Shown in pieces: positions 26,213-36,187 of a stretch of DNA of 47,033 nucleotides. The first letter of the stretch is position 1. Each line of letters starts with the position of its first letter. The notes below the pieces were generated by a model. The model was not told the DNA's origin, did not search any database, and worked only from the letters and a program-made list of their open reading frames with translations. Source of the DNA: a virus (lineage: Duplodnaviria > Caudoviricetes); IMG/VR virus record IMGVR_UViG_3300025853_000159, positions 1-47,033 of that record, one strand, 5' to 3'. The translations under genes and the position numbers were made by a program.

Positions 26213-27511
26213 ATGGCAGTTTACGCACAAGCCCCTACAGTTCAAAGCAATCCCGTTGGCACGTTCATCAATGCTTTCCAAGCGGGGCAGAACCTCTTCG
26301 AGCGGAAGCGTCGACTCTCTATGGAAGAAGAACGCCAGCAACGTGAAGCGGAGAGATTGGCTAAGGCGGAATTGCGAGCGATTGACACGCATCAAAAGAA
26401 CATGCGAAGCATGGAAATCGCCAATGAGACGAATGAGTTCAATTTGAATCAGAAGCGGGAGATGGATGATACCGCTGCAACCTCTCTGAAAACATTGGTT
26501 GAAGAAATGAAGGTATTGCAGGAGGAGGCTGGAACGGACTTGAATAGTTCTTCGGGGATTCCCGATAGTCAACTTCGCCAGAAGCATTTGATTAATATTC
26601 AGAGAAAAACAGCAGCACTACAGTCGCGTTTTGCAACCGTGTTTAATCATCCAATCTACGGGCCTCAAGCACAACAATATCTTGGGAATGTAGAACAAGC
26701 CCTTATTCCACATGCTGAAGCAATGGCAGCGGACCAGGCAAAGGATGTGGGTTCCTTTTATACTGAATTGCAGAGGATTCAATCTCTGCCACCACAGGAG
26801 CGTCGCCAGCATGTTTATGGACTGAAGCGAGATTACAATCTTCTCTTAGGCAGTCAACAGCATGGAGACCGATTGAATAATGAATTGACTGCATTTGAGA
26901 AAAGTATCAGCGATGACATCGCTGCTGAAAAGACTCGGAAGGAAGAGCAACGCAAAGAAACTGAGTTCACCCAAAAGCAAGAGGAGCGAACAGTCGTTAA
27001 GACTGAAGAACGCAGTAATGCTATCCAAGACCAAATTAAACTGATGCGTGAAATGGATCGGGTCCGTCGATTACGAAATGATATTGCTCAGGGTGATTTT
27101 CAAGCAGGAGGTTGGGGTAATATCTTTGAGTGGATCAAAGGCACTCTCAAAGGCGGTTCTAGGAATGCAGCTATGGCAATTGCGGATGAGATCTCAACTG
27201 GAGAATGGTTGGATAATGTTTCTAAACTTAAAGGTGCATTATCTGATAAGGAAGGTGCGAGACTTTCTGTTGCAGGACTAAAACGCAGCGATAGTGAAGA
27301 AATTTGGTTGGAGAAGTTGAATAATCTTTTGGATCAATATCAAACCAGTAAACAATTCATGCAGTCTGAAGGGCGCTGGTATGTGGATGATAAAGGGAAA
27401 GCTGTTTTAGGGGGCACGAATCCCGCCGTAAGTGAAGAGGAACCTGACTTTTCGATCTTTGATGACCCGGTGACAAATGATGACGTGAAAGAGCTTTTGG
27501 AGGAGAATTGA
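26213..27511 (+). CDS. Internal virion/ejection protein 2
   Basis: Coiled coil; LKGALSDKEG motif reminiscent of DNA-transfer proteins. Confidence 0.65.
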   Translation: MAVYAQAPTVQSNPVGTFINAFQAGQNLFERKRRLSMEEERQQREAERLAKAELRAIDTHQKNMRSMEIANETNEFNLNQKREMDDTAATSLKTLVEEMKVLQEEAGTDLNSSSGIPDSQLRQKHLINIQRKTAALQSRFATVFNHPIYGPQAQQYLGNVEQALIPHAEAMAADQAKDVGSFYTELQRIQSLPPQERRQHVYGLKRDYNLLLGSQQHGDRLNNELTAFEKSISDDIAAEKTRKEEQRKETEFTQKQEERTVVKTEERSNAIQDQIKLMREMDRVRRLRNDIAQGDFQAGGWGNIFEWIKGTLKGGSRNAAMAIADEISTGEWLDNVSKLKGALSDKEGARLSVAGLKRSDSEEIWLEKLNNLLDQYQTSKQFMQSEGRWYVDDKGKAVLGGTNPAVSEEEPDFSIFDDPVTNDDVKELLEEN

Positions 27512-27514
27512 GTT

Positions 27515-30500
27515 ATGGGATTTACAAGCGAAGAACGGGTAAAGATCCTTGAGGGGATTCCACTTGAAATTCAAGAGCGTGCAAAAGCAGGCGACCAGGA
27601 AGCGGTTAGCCAGGTAAAAACCGCAATAAGCAATTGGAGAAACTCCAAGCCCCCTGATTTCTCGATCATTGATGACCCTGTAATTCCTCAAAGTATCGTG
27701 GAAAGGTCTAATGCAATTGAGTTAGCGAAGGAAGGAAACTTTAATTGGGACCAAATCTCTGGTATGATTGATTCAGGTCGATTGACGGATGACGTGATAA
27801 ACTTCTTCCAAGAGGAGGGGTATAGCACTACCCAGTCAGCAAGTGGAGGGCGAATTTACAATATCGGAAAGAAGTCTAACCTAAAGTACAAGGAACATCG
27901 CCAAGCGAAGGGGGTTGTGGATCGTGTAGGAGGCAGTGTAAAAGACTTTGTGACAATCCCTTGGCGAGGATTAGGTGAAGACGACCCCACGGCCATAGAC
28001 GCTGATGATTTTTACCGACACGTATTAAAGCAACCCAAAGGCGATTGGGCGAGAACGGGTATCGAAAAGCTAATTATACAACAATTGGAGGAGCGGCAAG
28101 CAAGTGAGCAGGAAGCTTATGAGAAGTATGGTGATGCAGCAGACATCCAAGCCGCTGGTAAAATCCAATCGATGGTCAACGCAAAAACAATTACCGCACC
28201 GAATCCACGGGATTGGTTTCCCACGAGTTTCCAAAAGTCCGAGGATGGTAAATTTCTTGGAAATAAGGATGAGTTAAGGCACTACAAAAACGTCATTAAG
28301 GAGTATGATCCCTTCGCTGCACATCAAGCATCACTCTTAGAATATGGTCAACGTGCAGACTTCTATTATCAGCTAAAAGAACAAGACCAGGAATGGCTGG
28401 ACCGTCTTGAGAAACTTCACCGGGAAGGACGCACCCATCTACACGATCCGGAGGTCTTCGATTGGTTTGTTCGCAGAGGCATGGAAAAGCAGCAAGATCT
28501 AACACTCGGTCAAGCAGTTGACGCAGGCAAGCATCTATTGGGCGAGATCTGGAAGGGTGCGGTCGGGTCAAAGGACGGCAAGGGACTGATTCAAGAGTTT
28601 TGGGAGGGTGCAGTCCACGGCAAACAAGAAGCACAGGAAGTCAGTGATATTATGGGGGCAGGCTGGAGAGGGCTGGGTAGCGATTACCAGTTACTTAGTG
28701 AAAACGCTGGAGGATATTTTTTGGACCGAATTGAAAAGCCGGGCGATGAAGCTAGTCCGGAGGCACAAGAACTCTATAGAAAGGCAAAGAACGAACGCCA
28801 GAGACAGTTTCAATTAAGGGCTTTATCCAATCAGGCAGTCTATGCTGCTGGAGCCCATGACCTTGCTAATAAATGGTGGCAAAATCCGCAACAAGCACAA
28901 AGGAATCAAATCTTGAGTACTTTCGTCTTCGATCCATTGAATTTAGTGCCAATGGGTGGTCTTGGAAAGAAAGGTGTAGAGGCTGGAGTCAGAACGGGTG
29001 TTAATGCAACATTCGGCAGTGCATTAAAGACTGCTAAGAATGCTGCTGATGAAGCAGCGGTTGCGGTTGCCGATGCTCAGGCAGCATTAGGCAGGGAGAT
29101 TGTTCTGGGCGACCCGGCAAAGGTCATAAATGCGGGAAAGGTTTTGGATGATGCAGTAAAAGCTTCAGATGATGCTGCTGGGAAGTTGGCAGACGTTGCT
29201 CGTAGTGCAGAAAATATGTACGAGGAATTGATGCAAGCAGGACCACAGAGAATGTCCGGGCACGCTATAAACATGATGGGGCAAACGGCTGAGTGGATTA
29301 TGAACAAGGCCGATGAATTGCTCGATGCTACAGTTGTGAAATTTGCACCGGATATAGGAGATTCAGCACGACGATGGTTGGAGACTGGAATCAAAACGAC
29401 GGTCGCCGCAGGTGTAGGAGGTGTGGGGGCAGGCTTTGCAGGTGCGATTGGTGGGGTGCTGTTAGGTAGTCCAATGGTTCGTGCGATTGCAAGGGATATG
29501 CAGAAGATCGGTTCAAATATTGCGTTAGGTGCAAGACTCCAACCACTCCATAGGGCATTGCAGGCAACAGTTGACGCAGGAGGAAATGTCATTTCTCCAG
29601 TTTCTAAAGGTAGTACAGCAGGTCTGAAGGCATACGAATTGGCGTTTCCTTTACTTGATCCGGTTGGACGGTTTGCATCTCGTGTGGCAGGGGGGGTCGC
29701 ATCCGTACAGACTTTAGAGGCAATGGTGATGCAATCCGCAATTGGATTTCTTGGATCTGGGGGGACTTGGCAGGGTGCTGTAACAGGCGGAACTGTTGGA
29801 TTTGGACTTGCTGGCTCATTTGGCGTTGCTGGCTCATTGACTCCATTTGCCAGTCAGGCACAGGTAAATAAGTTGTCGGCAACCAATGCCAGAAACTATA
29901 GGGAAATGCTAAAAGGGACACCTACGGGTGACGCATTCAGTAAGCTTTCATTTGAACACCAGAAGTCGATTGCCTGGGCTATGGGGGGATTTCCGGATAC
30001 CGGATTAAAAATAATCTCTGACCCGGCACAGGCTGCGGGATGGTACAACCCGAACACAAATGAAATTGGAATTAATACTGCCCGGCAGGATTGGATGAGG
30101 CACTTTGCTCGTCATGTAGCGAAGCATGAGCATTCCCACTATGTTGCTCGGCATGTAGGTGTCCGGGAAAAAATACTTTCAACCCTACTTGGTGATGTAA
30201 ACAATAGAAAAGGAGGTCTTTTTGCAAAGGTCGATGCTCAGGGCAAAGCCAAGTTCAAACTGGACCCGGCAACCCGCCGGAAAATCATGCAAAGTAATAC
30301 TGCTGGCAAGACAACCTTGCAGATTTCGCAAGAGTTGGGACTTTCACAGGAAGCAGTCTCTTCATTAGGGAGTCAATTGACCCGTGCTGACCTTCGGCGT
30401 GGAGACGTATTTGTCGAAACAAACGATAATTTTAAGGAACTTACCCGGCATTATATGGGTCTACTGACACCTGAGTCTGCGAGGGATATTAATGCTAAGG

Positions 30501-33500
30501 GCGAGAGGTATGTTCAGGAATATATCGCTGAAGAGATCTTCGCTGAACAAGGGGCAGCACAGTTAACGAAATATACTCCATCCTATGCGAAGTCATTTCG
30601 GAAACCTCTATGGGCAAAGAATTTAGAAAAGGCATTAAATAGCTCTCGCCTTTCAGGTAGAGCACCCAGCGTATTGGGACGACTGGGAGGACTCTTTGGT
30701 AGCAATAAGAAGATTCAGTCCTCAATCCTTGGTGAGTTCTCTGCGATTCCTGAGTTTAAGGAAATATTCGACGGGTATAACCATTCCAAGTCCATCAATG
30801 AGAAATTGGAATTGACCGAGGCTCCCGGCGATGGAGTCACTTATGCCGAGATTCTTGATCCTAAAGATTGGGACCCATCTGGAGCAGATCCATCCACCGA
30901 ATCATTGAAGGCGTGGCTTGCTAACGGAATGCTAAAAGTAGATCCACAGACAGGCATACCTGATGGAATTGAGGTTCAACCTGATGGGAGTTGGCGGGTC
31001 CGAGATCCAAGACTCATTCGACGATCCGTTAAAGAGGCAGAGGATGCCGCAAAGGAATTTGGGAAAACGGTAGAGGATTGGCTTAAAAGCAACACGCCTG
31101 TTGCTAAGACATCTCAGGAGATAAAAGACCTGCTTGATACCCAACTGCCTCCAGGAAATACCGAGCAAAAGACCGTATTGGACACAATTCAGGATGCAGT
31201 CGATACGGGCGTGAAGGATGCGGTGCAGAAGGAAATTCGATCCCAACGAGCAAGGTCCAACCAAGCGACGAAAGACTACATCGATCAAATTGAGCAGATC
31301 ATTGATGCAAGTATGGTGGATGACGATATGGTCGCTCCAAGAATCACTCTCGACGGGAAGACAATTATTGCAGGACGTTACCTTCCCGACGAATTACTGG
31401 ATTTCCTGGAGCAATCCGGACGCTTTAATCCTCATCAACTTGAGAATCTGCGATCATTAAATGATTACCTGAAGCACGGGCTCCATGCTACACCAATATC
31501 CGTGATGTACCAATCCACTATGCGAGCTGGAAAGAATAAGGCAATTGCAGCAGCAGAGAAAAATGTTTTTGTGACCGGGTTTGAAGTGACCAAACAAGGT
31601 AACTTGATTTATCGAGTTTGGAATCTGGACAAGGTGATGGCCAATGGAGCCAAGAAAATGAATTCGCAGGTCGGTAAAAGCCTCTATAGCGGGGATGTGG
31701 GGCAGTTTTACCAGGATGTTTATACTTACTTCAATAATTACTCAAAAGGGCTATCAGGAGCTACTGGGCTAACTGTAGCAAAACGTGATTTTATTCGCAA
31801 ATCAATCGGTTTGGGTGATCCTAATACAAGTTCACAATCTGGCCGGACTCCTAATCCATATTCATGGAGTGTTTCAGCACTAAAGGATGCCAAGGATACT
31901 GCACTGAATTCGTATCGATTGGACCGGACGAACTGGATTGATCTTGGGAATCCACGTATGAAGAAAGATCTGGATCGTCCCCTTACTTCGAGGGAGTCTG
32001 GTCAAGGGGGTTCCTACCAGCGGATTCGGGAGAACTACTATCCTGGGGAATCGGCTGAATCGAGAGCAAAAGCATTGGAAGAAATCCTGAAAGAACAAAA
32101 GCCAAGACCTTCAATTAAGGACATCTCAGTTGAGATTATAGATGACCCCGATGCGAGTTTTGTTGAGCATGAATATACTCACCCAGATGTCTCTAGTTCA
32201 ATAAGCTTACTGGTTTATGAGGATGGGAAAGTGGAAGCGAGTAGTTCCATCGAAATACAAGATGATACATTAAATATTGATGGGTATATATATGATTCAA
32301 TTGAAGAGGCAAAAGTGGATATTGAAGAATTATTTAGACAAGCAATAGAAGAGTCTGGGAGAGATGAGTTCGGTGGGCAGTTTGATAATAAGCTTAACAG
32401 CTATCGACTGTTTGAGCATTTTGCTATCCCTGAAGGCTTTGATGGTACTAAATGGGAGCAGGCTGGAACGGGATCTTGGTATTTGGATGTCTATCATGAC
32501 GAAACAGGCGAAAAAACCAAAATATCAATTCGTGATCATGAACGAACATCATCACTTCATGAATCTCCAGACTTTGTTGAGTATGTTTCTAAGGACTGGG
32601 AACCAAAGGAAGTCAAAGAAGCTTTAGATCGCTTGGAGAAGCGAATACATGAGGAACTTGATGCTGACGATATCCGGTACTTCCCTGGCACGCACCTCGA
32701 CTACGAGACTTGGAAGAAAGATCAACCTCCCGCATCAGAAGAGGTTCTGAGGCTTCAATACTCCCGTTATGTCGAGAGTACGCCAGAGCCTGTGTACACG
32801 GAGGCGGATTACATGGAACTTGCTCAGGACGAAGCTGCGAACCGTGAGGTCTTGCAGTCGATGGTTTCGAATGCTCGCGGTGATCGTTATCAATCGCCAT
32901 TGTTATACCATGGAACTCCAGACTCCTCGACACTTGAAGCACATCCAGTATTTGATCGACAAAGATTAGTTCGGTTTGTGAAAGATCCAGAACGTGCCAA
33001 GCAAATACAAGTAGAATTGAATATTGAGGGACAGAAGGAAAATCATCCTACCTCCCGATATATGGAATTGTTAGATGAAGCAGAAAGCAATGTTGGATAT
33101 GATTCTCAGAATGTCCCTGTATTTTTTACGCCAAACAAGGGGATCGCTCAAACTTATGCGAGATCAGATAGGGCGTTTGCTCCTGAAGGAGATCCAGCAG
33201 TGCTTGAGTTTTATGTAGATCTTCAAAATCCGATGATAATTGATGCAAGGGGTAAAGGATGGGGCAAACGGGGCGGCCCATCAACTCAAGAAGCACAAAT
33301 TCAAGAAGCAAAAGCAAAAGGGCATGACGGAATTATCATTCGAAACACAAGGGATAGTTATGAAGATACTGCAAGTGCTCCGATTCATGATGTTTATGTG
33401 ACATTCAACCCCAACCAGATCAAGTCCGCCGACCCCGTTACCTACGACAAAAAGGGTAACATCATTCCTTTGAGCGAAAGGTTCAATCCTTCGAGCGACG

Positions 33501-35002
33501 ACATTCGGTACTCGCCAGGCGTGAGCGGATTATCCAATAATTTAGCCATAAAGATCCTGGACGATCCAGAACAAGCGGGAGTCGTAAAAGACATTGATGG
33601 TGCAGCAGCACTGTTGAGGCAGTCATTCCTTGAACAGTATGGGGAAACCTTGACTGCAAAGGAGATGGGTGATGCAGAGATTGAGTGGTTTGCTGATCAA
33701 TTGGTTGCGGATGCTATTCGTGAAGCTGCGGAAGTAGGAAACGCCACTGACTGGTATACGTCAGCAGTGGAGAGAATGCTTGAGTTGGCGGCAACGAAAT
33801 TTCCTGAAATTAAGGATAAGGGATTTGAATATCATACTTTCCTCGCTGCGGTTGCTATCACCTCCCAGAATATGAAGGTGAAGGATAATATGAAGGCTGG
33901 TATTTATCAGTACCAATATTGGAAGGATAATGGTTCGTTTGATTACACAAAGAAGCACGGAGATAAGAACGAAGCGATTACAGAAAATCTGAAGCTGTTC
34001 GATACACTGATTGAGGAACTTGGGCAGGATGAATATATGAAATTTGCTGAAAGTGACTTCACTGTTCGTGATTTAAGTAAATTGATTTCTGAAATTAAAG
34101 AGAAGGATGTAACTATTGCTGGATATCAGGATGACACCGTGAAGGGGTCCGCTGCATTTGGTCCAAAGATTGGGCAAGGTTTCCTTCAAAATCTTTTAGG
34201 GAACTATGATCCTGTCACTGTTGACCTTTGGTTGAGACGTACTTTTGGTAGACTTACTGGTGATTCTGTTCGTCCTGAATTAACGGCACAGGATATTGGT
34301 AGATTGATCTATTCCGTAAGAAAGAGAAGTGAGCGAGGAAAAGAGAAACTGGATTCCTTTATTGAATTACCTCCAGTCCTGAAAGGCTTACGACTAGAAG
34401 GCGGTGTTAATAAAAACGGACAATCAAAGCACAAGATCTCCACTGCTGACTTGAATCGATTATTCGATGAGTCCACTCCGGAAGGACGAGAGAATGCTAA
34501 AGAAGTGCGTGAATTCGGAGCAGCTTTAGCAAAGCAATGGGAGTCTTATTACAACGGAATTGAACGACAACTTAATGCTAAGAAGAAAGTAATAGAAGCA
34601 AGGTTGGCAATTCAGAAGAAAAAGGCTAAAACTCCAAAAGATTTACAAAAATATGCGGAAGCAAAAAGAAAAGCAGATGCTCAAATAGAAGAAGCTAAGA
34701 AACGTGCTGATGCACTCCGTAAACTACGCAAACCACACTGGGCATTTATTGGGAAAACCATAAAAGATCGAACTAAGCCTGTAGACTCTCCATCTGATCT
34801 TGAACGTGTAGTTATTACCAAGGCATTTGAGATTGCTCGCAAAAAATTAAAGGATGAGCATGGACTTGACTATTCTAATGCAGATCTACAAGCTTTACTT
34901 TGGTATCCTGAAAAGGATATTTGGGGTCATCTCAAAGGAGATAGTGCTGACTCATTAAAGGCGGATTACGCCAGTGCCATGGAGGAAATATTAAATGAAT
35001 GA
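27515..35002 (+). CDS. Giant internal virion/ejection polyvalent protein (2495 aa): zincin-like peptidase motif, ADP-ribosyltransferase-like and HhH-glycosylase-like domains
   Basis: Gly/Ala hydrophobic segments; HEHSH..EEIFAE; YHGT..FFT..A..YA..NP..GHDGIII..F.PNQIKS; DWY..AITS..GPKIG..NLLG...VTVDLW.RR. Confidence 0.8.
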   Translation: MGFTSEERVKILEGIPLEIQERAKAGDQEAVSQVKTAISNWRNSKPPDFSIIDDPVIPQSIVERSNAIELAKEGNFNWDQISGMIDSGRLTDDVINFFQEEGYSTTQSASGGRIYNIGKKSNLKYKEHRQAKGVVDRVGGSVKDFVTIPWRGLGEDDPTAIDADDFYRHVLKQPKGDWARTGIEKLIIQQLEERQASEQEAYEKYGDAADIQAAGKIQSMVNAKTITAPNPRDWFPTSFQKSEDGKFLGNKDELRHYKNVIKEYDPFAAHQASLLEYGQRADFYYQLKEQDQEWLDRLEKLHREGRTHLHDPEVFDWFVRRGMEKQQDLTLGQAVDAGKHLLGEIWKGAVGSKDGKGLIQEFWEGAVHGKQEAQEVSDIMGAGWRGLGSDYQLLSENAGGYFLDRIEKPGDEASPEAQELYRKAKNERQRQFQLRALSNQAVYAAGAHDLANKWWQNPQQAQRNQILSTFVFDPLNLVPMGGLGKKGVEAGVRTGVNATFGSALKTAKNAADEAAVAVADAQAALGREIVLGDPAKVINAGKVLDDAVKASDDAAGKLADVARSAENMYEELMQAGPQRMSGHAINMMGQTAEWIMNKADELLDATVVKFAPDIGDSARRWLETGIKTTVAAGVGGVGAGFAGAIGGVLLGSPMVRAIARDMQKIGSNIALGARLQPLHRALQATVDAGGNVISPVSKGSTAGLKAYELAFPLLDPVGRFASRVAGGVASVQTLEAMVMQSAIGFLGSGGTWQGAVTGGTVGFGLAGSFGVAGSLTPFASQAQVNKLSATNARNYREMLKGTPTGDAFSKLSFEHQKSIAWAMGGFPDTGLKIISDPAQAAGWYNPNTNEIGINTARQDWMRHFARHVAKHEHSHYVARHVGVREKILSTLLGDVNNRKGGLFAKVDAQGKAKFKLDPATRRKIMQSNTAGKTTLQISQELGLSQEAVSSLGSQLTRADLRRGDVFVETNDNFKELTRHYMGLLTPESARDINAKGERYVQEYIAEEIFAEQGAAQLTKYTPSYAKSFRKPLWAKNLEKALNSSRLSGRAPSVLGRLGGLFGSNKKIQSSILGEFSAIPEFKEIFDGYNHSKSINEKLELTEAPGDGVTYAEILDPKDWDPSGADPSTESLKAWLANGMLKVDPQTGIPDGIEVQPDGSWRVRDPRLIRRSVKEAEDAAKEFGKTVEDWLKSNTPVAKTSQEIKDLLDTQLPPGNTEQKTVLDTIQDAVDTGVKDAVQKEIRSQRARSNQATKDYIDQIEQIIDASMVDDDMVAPRITLDGKTIIAGRYLPDELLDFLEQSGRFNPHQLENLRSLNDYLKHGLHATPISVMYQSTMRAGKNKAIAAAEKNVFVTGFEVTKQGNLIYRVWNLDKVMANGAKKMNSQVGKSLYSGDVGQFYQDVYTYFNNYSKGLSGATGLTVAKRDFIRKSIGLGDPNTSSQSGRTPNPYSWSVSALKDAKDTALNSYRLDRTNWIDLGNPRMKKDLDRPLTSRESGQGGSYQRIRENYYPGESAESRAKALEEILKEQKPRPSIKDISVEIIDDPDASFVEHEYTHPDVSSSISLLVYEDGKVEASSSIEIQDDTLNIDGYIYDSIEEAKVDIEELFRQAIEESGRDEFGGQFDNKLNSYRLFEHFAIPEGFDGTKWEQAGTGSWYLDVYHDETGEKTKISIRDHERTSSLHESPDFVEYVSKDWEPKEVKEALDRLEKRIHEELDADDIRYFPGTHLDYETWKKDQPPASEEVLRLQYSRYVESTPEPVYTEADYMELAQDEAANREVLQSMVSNARGDRYQSPLLYHGTPDSSTLEAHPVFDRQRLVRFVKDPERAKQIQVELNIEGQKENHPTSRYMELLDEAESNVGYDSQNVPVFFTPNKGIAQTYARSDRAFAPEGDPAVLEFYVDLQNPMIIDARGKGWGKRGGPSTQEAQIQEAKAKGHDGIIIRNTRDSYEDTASAPIHDVYVTFNPNQIKSADPVTYDKKGNIIPLSERFNPSSDDIRYSPGVSGLSNNLAIKILDDPEQAGVVKDIDGAAALLRQSFLEQYGETLTAKEMGDAEIEWFADQLVADAIREAAEVGNATDWYTSAVERMLELAATKFPEIKDKGFEYHTFLAAVAITSQNMKVKDNMKAGIYQYQYWKDNGSFDYTKKHGDKNEAITENLKLFDTLIEELGQDEYMKFAESDFTVRDLSKLISEIKEKDVTIAGYQDDTVKGSAAFGPKIGQGFLQNLLGNYDPVTVDLWLRRTFGRLTGDSVRPELTAQDIGRLIYSVRKRSERGKEKLDSFIELPPVLKGLRLEGGVNKNGQSKHKISTADLNRLFDESTPEGRENAKEVREFGAALAKQWESYYNGIERQLNAKKKVIEARLAIQKKKAKTPKDLQKYAEAKRKADAQIEEAKKRADALRKLRKPHWAFIGKTIKDRTKPVDSPSDLERVVITKAFEIARKKLKDEHGLDYSNADLQALLWYPEKDIWGHLKGDSADSLKADYASAMEEILNE

Positions 35003-35135
35003 TACAGAATCGGTCGAATTAAATGAAGCTTTGCAAGGAATGGATCGTTCCCAGATAAAGCAATTTGTTGCTGGGATCAGAGAGATTTGGGCAAAACAAG
35101 ATGCGGAGAAAGAGAAGGACCCCCCCTCGCAGTAG
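34995..35135 (+). CDS. Small protein (46 aa) coupled to the giant gene
   Basis: GGAGG SD, ATG 34995 overlapping the upstream stop; MNDTESVELNEALQGMDRSQIKQFVAGIREIW.. Confidence 0.55.
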   Translation: MNDTESVELNEALQGMDRSQIKQFVAGIREIWAKQDAEKEKDPPSQ

Positions 35136-35147
35136 CGATGCTACTGC
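35129..35147. terminator. Perfect hairpin at the convergence of the two gene blocks
   Basis: GCAGTAGC-GAT-GCTACTGC; no clear U-tract. Confidence 0.4.
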
Positions 35148-35261
35148 TCTCCTACCTTCCTCCATTCTCTGGCAGAGAGGATCATTGATCCTCACCTTCT
35201 AAGATGTCACCGACTCCCCACCCGTTGAGGTCGAGGGTTTCTTTTTCTGTTTTGCCGCGTT

Positions 35262-35447
35262 TCATGCTTCTGAAGAAATGAATTCATGAAGAAACATATC
35301 CATATTCACCCATTTCCATTCTTTGTTGATGTAGGTAAGATCTGCCAATATTTTTGCTGCCTGTAGTGGAGTGACATCCCACCGTTCCGCAGCTTTTTTT
35401 ATCTTAGCTTCTCCGAACTCTTTTTGACTGTTGCTTAAACTACTCAT
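35262..35447 (-). CDS. Hypothetical protein
   Basis: ATGA-coupled last gene of the - strand block. Confidence 0.6.
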   Translation of the reverse strand: MSSLSNSQKEFGEAKIKKAAERWDVTPLQAAKILADLTYINKEWKWVNMDMFLHEFISSEA

Positions 35448-36187
35448 CTCTTTAGCTTTCCATGCTTGTATGCATCAATCATGATTGCGGAGGTTGCTGC
35501 GATGTGAGCCCAGTGCGGTTGTCCTGAGTCTGGGTCTAGCCGTTGTCCTTCCATAATAGCAATGAGGTGGCGAAAGGTTGCACTGATGTAGACATCCTGC
35601 TGGATTCCATCACTCTCTCTCCAATTGTAAGGACCATACTTTTCTGCACCATGTTCCAAGACAGCGGTAACTTGTTTTAGGAACAACGGCGGGAGTAAGC
35701 AGTGCTGTGCCTTCTGTTGTGCCGATTGCTCTTTTGGGTCGGTGCTTGCTATGTCCTCTGCGGCTTGTTGTTGTCGTTTAGATAGAGGATTGTCTCTTGT
35801 GTTTCCGTAGGTTGCAAGTGCTTGCTCCCTGCGTTTCTTGAAGTGGTTGAGGATGTCGTTGTCGGCTTTTTGCTCATACAACCATCCGTAATCTTGATTC
35901 CATATCTCTGCACCACAGAAGAGTATTGCTACATATCCATCATCACCTGCAACCTCATAGCCTATAGGAAGTTCATCACACTCAGCTACCTCCCTGGGTG
36001 ATAACTCCTCATCCCAATTCGGTGCGGTAGGTTTACGGTGGTATTGAACATCTTCATACCAAGATGGTTCCTGGAACATTGACACCCAATTAAATGTTGC
36101 TTTACGATCCCACCATTCCCAGGGTTTACCCTCCGGGTGGAGTAGTTCGTCAAGTCGGTACAGTTCTTTAAGTTCGTCGTGATTCAT
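35444..36187 (-). CDS. dATP/dGTP diphosphohydrolase N-terminal domain (DUF5664-like) protein with unknown N-terminal half
   Basis: LLPP..VL.HGAEKYGPYNWRE..RHL..G..DPDSGQPHWAH. Confidence 0.8.
   Translation of the reverse strand: MNHDELKELYRLDELLHPEGKPWEWWDRKATFNWVSMFQEPSWYEDVQYHRKPTAPNWDEELSPREVAECDELPIGYEVAGDDGYVAILFCGAEIWNQDYGWLYEQKADNDILNHFKKRREQALATYGNTRDNPLSKRQQQAAEDIASTDPKEQSAQQKAQHCLLPPLFLKQVTAVLEHGAEKYGPYNWRESDGIQQDVYISATFRHLIAIMEGQRLDPDSGQPHWAHIAATSAIMIDAYKHGKLKR

Noticed and set aside
35444-36187. 2-aminoadenine (Z) genome system suggested by the dATP/dGTP diphosphohydrolase domain
   Set aside because: No PurZ, DatZ or phage DNA polymerase is recognisable, and this domain is widespread on its own.
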